From Candidatus Heimdallarchaeota archaeon (GTDB lineage Archaea; Asgardarchaeota; Heimdallarchaeia; Heimdallarchaeales; Heimdallarchaeaceae): a stretch of 13,591 nucleotides of DNA. Location: positions 1 to 13,591 of the forward strand of contig JAAFKJ010000076.1 of the NCBI GenBank assembly GCA_021399395.1. Reading direction: 5' to 3'. Below are positions 1-8,270 of the stretch, piece by piece. Position 1 is the stretch's first letter. Each line of letters begins with the position of its first letter. The position numbers and the translations under genes were made by a program. The notes beneath the pieces were generated by a model. The model saw nothing but the letters and a program-made list of their open reading frames with translations, was not told where the DNA came from and made no database searches.

Positions 1-54
1 AAGGATAGATTAGCGAAAATAGTTGAGTGGTTTAACAAGTATAAAACTGAATGA
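1..54 (+). CDS. 3' end of a CDS running in from the left edge, probably an S9 (prolyl oligopeptidase/acylaminoacyl peptidase) family peptidase
   Basis: Frame 1 reads KDRLAKIVEWFNKYKTE* (TGA 52-54). This resembles the RLxxIxxWFxKY terminal helix typical of S9 peptidases. Only 17 residues are visible. Confidence 0.45.
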   Translation, partial: KDRLAKIVEWFNKYKTE

Positions 55-56
55 AA

Positions 57-968
57 TCATTCAATTGTTTTTTTTACTTCTTTCTCTTCTAGTATCGGTG
101 TTTGCTCAAATCTTTTGGTTATACCACCAACATATTTCTTCTCTTTTTCTATCATTATAAAATTACGATTCAATGCTTTAGCTACATATCCTGTAGTACC
201 AACACCAGCCATAGGATCAAGAACAATGTCACCTTCGTTGGAAGTTGTTTCGATCACTCTTCTTAGTAATTCTTGAGGCTTCTGAGTTGAATGTAACTTG
301 TTACCCTCTTTATCTTTAAGACGCTCTTTACCAGTACATAATGGAATAAGCCAAACATTTGCACCAACTTTACCTATTCCATATTTCTTAGCTAAATCTT
401 TCTTGAAAGTGTATTTCTTGGCATCTTTATTCTTTGTAGCCCAAATCAAAGTTTCAGTTGCATTTGTGAACCTTACACCTAACCAGTTGGGCATTGGATT
501 ACTTTTTAGCCATGTTACGTTTGATAAAAACCAATATCCTTTGTCTTGCATTATATTCCCAATACGATAAATGCTATGATAGGTCGAAATAACCCAAAGT
601 GTCGCATGTTCTCTCATGATACGTTTAACTTCGTCTAGAATAATTGATATGAATTCATCATACTCTTCAAAAGATTCAAATTTGTCCCAATCATCATCTA
701 CTCCTTCAACATTTGACTTCACATTCCAACGTTTGAGTTGTTTTTTTGGCAGTTGAAGAAAATAAGGCGGATCCATGAAAACTAAATCAACAGATTCATC
801 GGGTATTTTTCTTAAGATTTCTAAAGCGTCCCCATGAATAATTTTGTTGGTGATTTGGTCTAAAGCATAGCTAGATACTGCTTGACCGTCTTTTACTACT
901 AAATTTTTGAAAGGCTTACTCATGGGCTTGTTCACTTGAGTTTGTGATTTTTTAACTTTTGCATCCAC
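57..968 (-). CDS. Beta-class adenine/N4-cytosine DNA methyltransferase, CcrM/M.HinfI-like, apparently orphan
   Basis: Catalytic DPPY precedes the SAM-binding motif (VLDPMAGVGTT), which is beta order. CcrM-like segments: IIHGD, VDDDWDKF, WLKSNPMPN..RFTNATETLIWA, IPLCTGKERLK, HSTQKP. The annotated start is GTG at 968; ATG at 923 (MSKPF) is an alternative. Confidence 0.93.
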   Translation of the reverse strand: MDAKVKKSQTQVNKPMSKPFKNLVVKDGQAVSSYALDQITNKIIHGDALEILRKIPDESVDLVFMDPPYFLQLPKKQLKRWNVKSNVEGVDDDWDKFESFEEYDEFISIILDEVKRIMREHATLWVISTYHSIYRIGNIMQDKGYWFLSNVTWLKSNPMPNWLGVRFTNATETLIWATKNKDAKKYTFKKDLAKKYGIGKVGANVWLIPLCTGKERLKDKEGNKLHSTQKPQELLRRVIETTSNEGDIVLDPMAGVGTTGYVAKALNRNFIMIEKEKKYVGGITKRFEQTPILEEKEVKKTIE

Positions 969-997
969 TTCGGATTAAATTAATAAATTAGTAGAAC

Positions 998-1465
998 ATG
1001 TATAGTTCGATGAAGAAAGTATATGTTGGTATGGCTGCAGTTATTGAAAAAGATGAAAAATTCCTTATTCTCAAAAGGTCAAAAGATAGGGATTTTGAAC
1101 CTGAAGCTTGGGAAACAGTAACAGGAAGATTAGAAGCTGATGAGTCACCTGTAACAGGGGTTTTACGCGAAGTAGAGGAAGAAACATCGTTGAAAGTTGA
1201 AGTTATTCTACCTCTTGATACAGGTTTCTTTTATAGAGGTGGGAAAGAGTTTCCCATGGTGTTTATTTCTTATTACTGTAAATATGTTGAAGGAAATGTA
1301 AACCTTACTTGGGAACACTCTGAGTACAAATGGATTACTTTGCAAGAAGCTCTAGATCTACCTGATTTAAAGCACTTTCATGTTATGCTTCAGAATCTAA
1401 GAAATCTTAAAAAATCTCTCCCTGAAAATTTCAAATATAGTTTCTCCCCAACTATACATTTGTGA
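998..1465 (+). CDS. Nudix (MutT-like) hydrolase
   Basis: Nudix box GRLEADESPVTGVLREVEEETSL (terminal G replaced by S), upstream LILKRS, and C-terminal EHSEYKW. The start may be ATG 1010. Overlaps the convergent gene by 14 bp. Confidence 0.9.
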   Translation: MYSSMKKVYVGMAAVIEKDEKFLILKRSKDRDFEPEAWETVTGRLEADESPVTGVLREVEEETSLKVEVILPLDTGFFYRGGKEFPMVFISYYCKYVEGNVNLTWEHSEYKWITLQEALDLPDLKHFHVMLQNLRNLKKSLPENFKYSFSPTIHL

Positions 1466-1676
1466 ATAACTTTCCCTGATTTTTGTTTGATTGTTTAGAT
1501 GGGCAATCATCTTCTGCATAACTACAGAACACACAACAATCACCTTCTTTAGGTTTGAATACCTTTTCACACTCTGGACATTTGTATGTCCTTACGCAAA
1601 CATAATCTGGCATTTCAAGTGTTTCTTCGTTGCCACAATTCGGACATTTTATCTTAGTCGCTCTTACAACAGCCAT
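1452..1676 (-). CDS. GDCCVxC domain Cys-rich metal-binding protein
   Basis: 74 aa with CPNCG, MPDYVC, CPEC, KPKEGDCCVFCSY and CP. This is the signature of the GDCCVxC (seleno)protein family. All Cys here, with no in-frame TGA. Confidence 0.88.
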   Translation of the reverse strand: MAVVRATKIKCPNCGNEETLEMPDYVCVRTYKCPECEKVFKPKEGDCCVFCSYAEDDCPSKQSNKNQGKLFTNV

Positions 1677-1696
1677 ATCTTATTTTTCTAAGAATG

Positions 1697-1745
1697 GTGT
1701 AAAAGGATTTGCATTAAGCAAAATAATGTGTAAATATTTTGCACA
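1697..1745. promoter_or_regulatory. Cluster of related inverted repeats (candidate operator) in the divergent GDCCVxC/ferritin intergenic region
   Basis: TGTGTAAA-TAT-TTTGCACA (1727-1745), the related GTGTAAA-AGGA-TTTGCAT (1697-1714), and overlapping TTTGC-ATTAA-GCAAA (1708-1722). Confidence 0.45.
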
Positions 1746-1810
1746 CACGATTAGACTTAAGAAGAGGAACGTGAAAACATATTAGAAACATTAATTCAAG
1801 TGATAATAAA

Positions 1811-2296
1811 ATGGCAAATATCAGTGAAAAGTTGAATGAAGCTTTCAATATTCAAATACGTGAAGAATTAGAATCAGGTTACATTTATCTTGGAATGGCA
1901 GCTTGGTTCGAAGAAAGAAGTTTAGGTAATCTAGCCACATGGTTTGATAAACAAGCAGCGGAAGAATTCGCACATGCTATGAAGTTAAAAAGTCACATTC
2001 TCGAAAGAGGAGGTTCTGTACATTATCAAGCATTAGCTGAACAAAAACAAGACTGGAACAGTATCATGGAAATAGTTGAAGCTACATTAGAACACGAGCA
2101 ACACATCACAAAGAAGATTATTGAGCTCTATGAGCTTGCACAAGATCTAAAAGAGTACAGTTCGTATCCCCTATTACTCTGGTTCATCGAGGAACAGGTC
2201 GAAGAAGAAGACAATGCTAGTTCTTTAATTGACAAATTGAAGGGATATAAGAACGATTTCAATTTCGATCATCATATAGAAAGAGTAGAAGAGTAA
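1811..2296 (+). CDS. ftnA: Prokaryotic non-heme ferritin
   Basis: Ferroxidase-centre motifs QIREELESGYIYLGMAAWF, QAAEEFAHAMK, LEHEQHIT and WFIEEQVEEE; 161 aa. Confidence 0.95.
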   Translation: MANISEKLNEAFNIQIREELESGYIYLGMAAWFEERSLGNLATWFDKQAAEEFAHAMKLKSHILERGGSVHYQALAEQKQDWNSIMEIVEATLEHEQHITKKIIELYELAQDLKEYSSYPLLLWFIEEQVEEEDNASSLIDKLKGYKNDFNFDHHIERVEE

Positions 2297-2330
2297 ATTC
2301 TCTCTCTTTTCATTCCTTTCCATTTTTACT
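2297..2330 (+). terminator. Pyrimidine/oligo-T tract after ferritin (archaeal-type terminator)
   Basis: ATTCTCTCTCTTTTCATTCCTTTCCATTTTTACT immediately follows the stop, in the gap between convergent genes. Confidence 0.5.
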
Positions 2331-2351
2331 AAATTTAGACTTTTTTATTTC

Positions 2352-3584
2352 TCATTCATAATCCAATACAAAATCAAAAATCTGACTAGCTAATGTTCGT
2401 TTTGTTCCTTCAAGATTTTCCTTATTCTTATTACGATCTAGAATTGTGATTTTATTTGAGTCACTTTCGAATCCAAATTCCTTAAGTGATACATCATTTG
2501 CAATAATAAAATCTGCATTTGCTTTCTGCATCCTTTGTATTGCTATATCTATCATCTCATCTTCTTCTTTTTGATAAACAGCTTTGAAGAGAGCAAGTTT
2601 CGTTTCAGGAGAAAGTATCTTGATTTTATCTGCAAGTTTTTCTGCGGGAACTAGTGATAGATCTAATTTTTCTGAAGAAGATATTTTTTCATTTTTGAAT
2701 TCTTCTGGTACAAAATCATTCATCGCAGCTGCTAGGATGATATAGTCATAATTGTTATCTTTAATGGATTTCACTACTTCAGTAATCATCTCTTCTCCTG
2801 TAGTAATTTGCACTTGGTTTTTTAGTGCAAGAGCTGGTTTTATCGTTGAGGGACCATGGACTATCTTTACGTCTCCGCCTCTTTTCCAAGCTTCTAGAGC
2901 GAGAGCATAACCCATTTTACCTGTTGAAGGATTACTGATGAATCTAATTCCATCAATAGGAGCTCGAGTAGGTCCTGCAGTAACTAAGATTTTCTTGTCT
3001 TTTAGCGAATGTAGACTCAATTTACGAATACAAAAATCAACAATCTCTTCTATTTCAGGAATTTTAGCTTTCTCTTCTTCTACTCGTGGATAGAGAATTT
3101 CTACACCCATATTTTCGAGTTTAGCAAGATTTTCTTTAATAGCAGGGTTGTACATCATCACTTCATGCATTGTTGGTACTATTATCATGGGTATTTTGTT
3201 ACCTAGTGCGGCACCAGAAATTAGCGTAACTGTAGTATCCATTATACCATTAGCAATTTTCGAAATAGAATTGGCGGTTATTGGTGCTATAAGAATCAGA
3301 TTAGCTTTATTCTCTGATGATCCTGCATACTGAACGTGTTCTATTTCACCTTCAATTACAGTTATTGGGACTTCACCTGTCGCCCATTCAAAAATCAAAG
3401 GGTTAATGAATTTTGCAGCTTCAGGAGACAGAACAGGAATAACTTTGGCTCCATGCCTCATTAATTTTCTAGAAATTTGTGGTGCTAGAAAGCAAGAAAT
3501 TGAGCTTGTTATACAATGAAGAATAACTTTACCTTTGAGTTCATTTCCTTCCGTACTCTCAATGTCTTTTGAAGGATGTGTCAT
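2352..3584 (-). CDS. coaBC: Bifunctional phosphopantothenoylcysteine decarboxylase/synthetase (archaeal type)
   Basis: Archaeal N-terminus HPSKDI. HFCD domain: EIEHV, IAPITANSISKIANGIMD, PTMHEVM. CoaB domain: LVTAGPT, GIRFISNPSTGKMG, AAAMNDF, IIANDV. The likely start is ATG 3584 rather than 3608. Confidence 0.96.
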   Translation of the reverse strand: MTHPSKDIESTEGNELKGKVILHCITSSISCFLAPQISRKLMRHGAKVIPVLSPEAAKFINPLIFEWATGEVPITVIEGEIEHVQYAGSSENKANLILIAPITANSISKIANGIMDTTVTLISGAALGNKIPMIIVPTMHEVMMYNPAIKENLAKLENMGVEILYPRVEEEKAKIPEIEEIVDFCIRKLSLHSLKDKKILVTAGPTRAPIDGIRFISNPSTGKMGYALALEAWKRGGDVKIVHGPSTIKPALALKNQVQITTGEEMITEVVKSIKDNNYDYIILAAAMNDFVPEEFKNEKISSSEKLDLSLVPAEKLADKIKILSPETKLALFKAVYQKEEDEMIDIAIQRMQKANADFIIANDVSLKEFGFESDSNKITILDRNKNKENLEGTKRTLASQIFDFVLDYE

Positions 3585-3650
3585 GTTTCTGACAAGAAGA
3601 AAGAACAAAATAAAGTTATGGCTTTTTGATAATTTATCTATTTTTGTTCT

Positions 3651-4658
3651 TTGTCCAAAAAAGCTTTTAATCTACAACACTCTTCATTATCTGTGAAGAA
3701 AGATAAAACCATTTTACTTGTTGGATTAGGTGCAATAGGGTCTGTTATATATCGTAGACTTGTTCTTCATGATTACAAAGTAGTCTGCTTAACAAATGTA
3801 AAAAGCTCCAAATTTATAAGAAGAAAAGGTTTGAGGGTCAAGTTATCTACTGATGAAAGTCTCAAATTACACAACTGTGAAGTTTATGGAGAACTTCCTG
3901 AGAAACACATTTTCGATAGATGTATAATTTCAACTAAATCATGGGTTAATGAATTCTTAGTAGAGGATCTTATGAAACATTTGAGAACATCTGCTTCTAT
4001 AATGCTTCTTCAGAATGGTTTGAACATAGAAGATCCTTTTCTTAATGCAAACAATAATTGGAAAATCTATAGGGGTTTGACTTCATTAGCAGCTTATAGA
4101 AATCAAGTCAACGAAGCTTATGAAGCCAGCATAGGAACAACAAAAATAGGCCCCATAAATAATGATGAAACAGATTTACTTGATGAGTGGAAAGACCTTC
4201 TAACTGAAATCGGATTATCTGTGATTATTTCAGAAAATATCCAAAAAGACATTTGGTTAAAAGCTACAGTTAATTGCACAATAGGACCTTTAGCTGCAAT
4301 TACTGAGTTAAAAAATGGTGATATCCTATCTGATATATTTCTAAATCGAATAGTCAATTATGTTCTTCATGAAATTATTTCTGTTGCACCAGAGAATTCT
4401 TCTATATCTTTCGAAGATGCAATGAAATTGCTAGAAGAAATTACAACAGAAACTTCTAAACACAAAGCTTCAATGTTGCAGGATATTCAAGCAGAGAGAA
4501 GGACTGAAATTGATGTTCTTAATGGTCAAATCATAAAACTCGCTGAATCAAAAGGTATTGAAGTTCCTACAAATAAAAAACTGGTAGAATTAGTGAAAAA
4601 AGTTTCAGATAAGAGTGTTCCAAAAGAGCAAATAATATTAGAATTAAGATCTCTCTGA
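3651..4658 (+). CDS. panE: Ketopantoate (2-dehydropantoate) reductase
   Basis: Rossmann GLGAIGS, STKS, LLQNGL, WLKATVNCTIGPLAA, SMLQDI..RRTEIDVLNG. The start is TTG 3651 or, more likely, GTG 3693. Confidence 0.93.
   Translation: MSKKAFNLQHSSLSVKKDKTILLVGLGAIGSVIYRRLVLHDYKVVCLTNVKSSKFIRRKGLRVKLSTDESLKLHNCEVYGELPEKHIFDRCIISTKSWVNEFLVEDLMKHLRTSASIMLLQNGLNIEDPFLNANNNWKIYRGLTSLAAYRNQVNEAYEASIGTTKIGPINNDETDLLDEWKDLLTEIGLSVIISENIQKDIWLKATVNCTIGPLAAITELKNGDILSDIFLNRIVNYVLHEIISVAPENSSISFEDAMKLLEEITTETSKHKASMLQDIQAERRTEIDVLNGQIIKLAESKGIEVPTNKKLVELVKKVSDKSVPKEQIILELRSL
3657..3672 (+). promoter_or_regulatory. Putative BRE-TATA promoter for panE-pok
   Basis: AAAAAAGCTTTTAATC lies about 25 bp upstream of in-frame GTG 3693, consistent with a leaderless archaeal transcript. 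Confidence 0.4.
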
Positions 4659-4667
4659 AGTGATTAA

Positions 4668-5540
4668 ATGTCAAAATTCTGGGTAGCTTCTCACATCACT
4701 GGAATATTCACGATAGAAGATGAACATCCAGATCCAATTCAAAAAGGATCATTAGGGGCTGGATTTTCCATTTCTAGAGGAACTACAACTTGGGTCGAAT
4801 CTTCAGATGATAAGAATAATCATTTCTTCTTTAATGGAAAAGAGGTCAGTTCAGAAGAAGCAATTATATCCAATTACATATTAGAACATATTCAAAAACT
4901 TAGTAATAAAAAAAATGCTTTATCGATTTTTCATGAATTTGAAGTCCCCTTATCCTGTGGTTTTGGAGCTAGTGCTTCAGGAGCTTTAGGTGGCGTTCTA
5001 GCTCTTAATGAACATCTGGATTTAAACCTAACAAAAACCGTTCTGTATCAGATAGCACATAGAGCTGAAGTGATAAACGGTGGTGGGTTAGGAGATGTAA
5101 TTGGCCTTTTGCAAGGAGGATGGGAATATAGAACAAAAGCTGGAGCACCAGGGATAGGTGTATCTAAAAATATTCTAGAAAATTCCTATAAGGTAGCTAC
5201 CTTAACTTTAGGTCCAATAGAAACTAAATCGGTTATAAAGAATGACAAATGGAAACAGCAGATAAATAAGGTTGGTCAATTATTTTTAGGTAGTTTCTTC
5301 GGTAATCCATCTATCAGTAATTTCGCTACAATATCTAAGCAATTTGCAATTACATCTTATTTAGCAACACCTGATGTGATTCAGCTGATTCAAGACCTAG
5401 AAAGTGAAGAATGTCTGACAGGTCAAATTATGTTGGGTAACGGTATTTTTCTTATCTACAAGGATAGATCAGTTCTTTCTGGAATAGAAAAATATATCGA
5501 AGAAGAAATCTGTTACAATACTGTAAAGAGATATAGTTAA
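4668..5540 (+). CDS. pok: Pantoate kinase (GHMP kinase family)
   Basis: SHITGIF, GSLGAG, GHMP loop PLSCGFGASASG, AHRAEV..GGLGDV, GGWEYRTKAGAPG. Its position in the CoA cluster supports the call. Confidence 0.93.
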   Translation: MSKFWVASHITGIFTIEDEHPDPIQKGSLGAGFSISRGTTTWVESSDDKNNHFFFNGKEVSSEEAIISNYILEHIQKLSNKKNALSIFHEFEVPLSCGFGASASGALGGVLALNEHLDLNLTKTVLYQIAHRAEVINGGGLGDVIGLLQGGWEYRTKAGAPGIGVSKNILENSYKVATLTLGPIETKSVIKNDKWKQQINKVGQLFLGSFFGNPSISNFATISKQFAITSYLATPDVIQLIQDLESEECLTGQIMLGNGIFLIYKDRSVLSGIEKYIEEEICYNTVKRYS

Positions 5541-6349
5541 TCGTCGTATCTGTATTGATCAGAAGGATATCTTAGTTCCTTTACTTCTGTTTTATAATCC
5601 TTCACGGCTTTACTAATCACTTCAGTTACATCTGCATATTGCTTTACAAACTTAGGTTTGATACTAGTAGTAAGACCAATTATGTCATCAATTACGAGAA
5701 CCTGTCCATCACAAAATTGTCCAGCACCAATACCTATAGTTGGAATGGATATAGATTGTGAAATTATTTTGCCAAGTTTCCAAGGAACAGATTCGATGAC
5801 TATAGCAAAAGCACCAGCATCTTCAAGCATCTTGGCATCTTCAATTAACCTTTTTTCTGCATCAACGCTTTTACCCTGAACCTTGAATCCTCCGAATTCA
5901 TTCACATAAGTAGGTGTTAACCCGATATGACCTAAGACTGGAATACCTATAGCCTTAATTTCTTTAATTTCTTCAATTCTCTCCCTTCCACCCTCTAATT
6001 TCACAGCTTCACATTTTCCTTCTTGAATCAATCTACCCGCATTTCGGACGGTTTCCTTATCTTTTATTCCATAGGAAAGAAATGGCATATCACCAATAAT
6101 TAGAGCTCGATTTACTCCTCTCGAAACAGCTTGACTATGACGGATAGCATCTTCTATGGTGACTTCGAGAGTGTTCTCATAACCTAGGATAGTCATACCG
6201 AGTGAATCACCAACAAGTATAGAATCAATTCCGATTTTATCTATGATTTTTGCAATTGGAAAAGTATAAGCTGAAATCATGGTGATTTTCTCACCATCAT
6301 CTTTCATAGATTGGAAATCTCTAATTGTGATTTTACTAGATGCTGTCAT
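5537..6349 (-). CDS. panB: 3-methyl-2-oxobutanoate hydroxymethyltransferase
   Basis: ILVGDSLGM, GDMPFLSY, AVKLEGG, GHIGLTP, IPTIGIGAG..CDGQVLV, PKFVKQYA. Its stop overlaps the pok stop in a shared TTAA (5537-5540). Confidence 0.97.
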   Translation of the reverse strand: MTASSKITIRDFQSMKDDGEKITMISAYTFPIAKIIDKIGIDSILVGDSLGMTILGYENTLEVTIEDAIRHSQAVSRGVNRALIIGDMPFLSYGIKDKETVRNAGRLIQEGKCEAVKLEGGRERIEEIKEIKAIGIPVLGHIGLTPTYVNEFGGFKVQGKSVDAEKRLIEDAKMLEDAGAFAIVIESVPWKLGKIISQSISIPTIGIGAGQFCDGQVLVIDDIIGLTTSIKPKFVKQYADVTEVISKAVKDYKTEVKELRYPSDQYRYDD

Positions 6350-6362
6350 ATTATCATTCCTT

Positions 6363-7145
6363 CTATTTCTTTTGTAAGTTTTTTAATGATGTTTTTGATA
6401 ATGTTTTAAGTCTGTTTGAAATATACTCCAAACTTTCTCTTAAAGATTTATCATTATCATATGAGTTTAAAATTTCGGATAATTGGTCTAAACTCAAACC
6501 TTTCAATTTATGACCAATTTCAATCATTTCAGGGATTGATCGAACGATATTGTTGACAATAGTAATCGATGACCAAATTGAAGTTCTTGAAAGAGGATTC
6601 AAATCTACAGTTATCACCTGTTTCCCCAGTTTTCGAAGAGCCATAGTTCTGTCTCCATCTTCTAAGGGAACGAAGACTACATCTGCTGAATATATCCCTC
6701 GTTTATCAACTACTCTTCGGGAATGAGTAAGTTCTGATATTTGTTTGTGATATTCTGGATCTACACCTAATACTTCTTCTGCTCCAGCTTCAACTAGCTT
6801 ATCAGCAACAATTTTCGCTCTTTCTTCCCTTCTGTAGAATAGATTTACTTCCAAAGGAATATTCAATAGCTCAGAAATCTCAACTATTTCATTAGGACAT
6901 AACGAAGCAACATTACCATTAACAGAAAAAACTGGTTTTTGAGCTCTTAGTATTAATGCAACTGCAGCTTGTTGCTGTTCTTCAGCAAAGTTAGGTGTTT
7001 CTTCACCGATTAAATAATCAAACGCTTCTCCTCTACCATGAGCAATCAAACCTGCTTCTGCAACTATATTCTTATGCATCCCATCAATTATTCTCTCTCT
7101 AATCCTCAAGGACTGAGCTCTAGGGTGATTTTCTGGTACATCCAA
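6363..7145 (-). CDS. pps: Phosphopantothenate synthetase (4-phosphopantoate--beta-alanine ligase)
   Basis: VPENHPRAQSL, GLIAHGRGEAFDYLIGE, SVNGN, EVNLFYR, VPLEDGDRT, DLNPLSRT; TTG start. Confidence 0.96.
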   Translation of the reverse strand: MDVPENHPRAQSLRIRERIIDGMHKNIVAEAGLIAHGRGEAFDYLIGEETPNFAEEQQQAAVALILRAQKPVFSVNGNVASLCPNEIVEISELLNIPLEVNLFYRREERAKIVADKLVEAGAEEVLGVDPEYHKQISELTHSRRVVDKRGIYSADVVFVPLEDGDRTMALRKLGKQVITVDLNPLSRTSIWSSITIVNNIVRSIPEMIEIGHKLKGLSLDQLSEILNSYDNDKSLRESLEYISNRLKTLSKTSLKNLQKK

Positions 7146-7262
7146 TTTTATCCAAGCTCAAAAATGTACAGACATAAATAAAGTAATCTCTAAAAGAGAT
7201 TTAGTGAAAAAAACTGTTCATCCACAATATTTTTTAAATGACCGTAAAATTTATTTTCATTC

Positions 7263-8132
7263 ATGAATTCCAAAAAGAAAGAACAGCTAGAAGATGACTA
7301 TACTCAAGAAGAGCTCTTCTATAAGGAAGCTGAAAGAGTCTATGTTCCAATGTCTGATGGAGCTGAGCTCCTTACATATTTCACAAAAAAAGGAAATCAT
7401 CCGAAAGGTTATGAAATTCTGTTCATTCCTGGATATTCTTCTGTACCAATGTCATGGAATGATTTGTGGGACTGTCTTAATGAACACTTCAACTTATACG
7501 TATTCGAAACAAGAGAAAAGATTACTTCTAAAGTTAAATGGAAGCATAAAGGTGATATGAATAGGTCGGGTCTGGATGTAAAAGAGGTATTTGAGGGATT
7601 GAAACTTGATCCTAAGAAAACAATAATTTATTGTGCATGCTCTTCAGCTCTTTATGTTGCAAGAGCTTTAGCAGAAGAATGGATCAAACCTTTGGCTGTT
7701 ATAATGGTAGGTGCTGTAAGAACACCAAAACTACCCACAAAGTTAGTTTTCCTCACCCATTTTACTCCAAGTTTTGTGATCAACGGTCTGTTGAGAGTTA
7801 TAGGTAAAATATGGATTAGTACCGTAATTAAGGAAGGAGTTCAAAGAGAAAGATACAAACAATATATTGGTACTGCAAGTGCTATGAGATGGAAGAAAAC
7901 CAGTAGCATCACTTGGTGGGATGGAACTGAAGATTTCAAGAAAATCGATACTCCTACATTGATAGTAGGGGCAGTTGAAGAAGATCTTCATGAAGATAAT
8001 GAATCACAAATTTGTGTTGATTTAGTTTCTACTAGTGAGTATCTACAAGTACCAAGTTTCCTTTACATGCATCATTTACCTGGTGCAGTTGAGTTCACTA
8101 AGCAGATGATTGAGTATATAGATAAACTCTAG
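7263..8132 (+). CDS. Alpha/beta hydrolase-fold protein with a non-canonical nucleophile elbow
   Basis: SDGAEL, ILFIPGY..SW, IDTPTLIVGAVEEDLH and C-terminal YMHH fit the fold. The elbow position reads YCACSSA instead of GxSxG. Confidence 0.75.
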   Translation: MNSKKKEQLEDDYTQEELFYKEAERVYVPMSDGAELLTYFTKKGNHPKGYEILFIPGYSSVPMSWNDLWDCLNEHFNLYVFETREKITSKVKWKHKGDMNRSGLDVKEVFEGLKLDPKKTIIYCACSSALYVARALAEEWIKPLAVIMVGAVRTPKLPTKLVFLTHFTPSFVINGLLRVIGKIWISTVIKEGVQRERYKQYIGTASAMRWKKTSSITWWDGTEDFKKIDTPTLIVGAVEEDLHEDNESQICVDLVSTSEYLQVPSFLYMHHLPGAVEFTKQMIEYIDKL

Positions 8133-8270
8133 TGAAAAGATGAAGTATCTTATCAAAGCAGTAAATTTAAAAACTCTTTTTTCTCAAGAATTCTGTTAGT
8201 TTCTTTCCTTTATTTCTTTTTTGCACTAAAAGGAAGTTTTTTTATCTGATGGTTTCCCCATAAGTATAAC

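Noticed and set aside
298-570. Short ORFs from the track (298-570, 1491-1691, 3148-3333, 4118-4357, 5658-5879, 7294-7560, 7743-7991, 9876-10058, 10082-10285, 11643-11867)
   Set aside because: All lie antisense or out of frame within well-supported genes and show no recognisable motifs; treated as shadow ORFs.
57-1465. Methyltransferase + Nudix pair as a restriction-modification or defence system
   Set aside because: There is no nuclease, ATPase or specificity gene nearby, the context is housekeeping, and adjacency alone is insufficient.
1452-1676. Selenoprotein recoding in the GDCCVxC gene
   Set aside because: The frame is fully open with Cys codons and has no in-frame TGA.
1788-1810. Possible iron-responsive element (IRE)-like hairpin in the ferritin leader
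   Set aside because: The sequence is CAAGTG, not the CAGUGH loop, and there is no convincing stem or bulged C.
3040-3190. CoaC domain lacks the bacterial ACGxxG catalytic-Cys clamp (has PRVEEEKAK and PTMH)
   Set aside because: This is the known archaeal (Methanocaldococcus-type) CoaBC variant, not a defect or a novelty.
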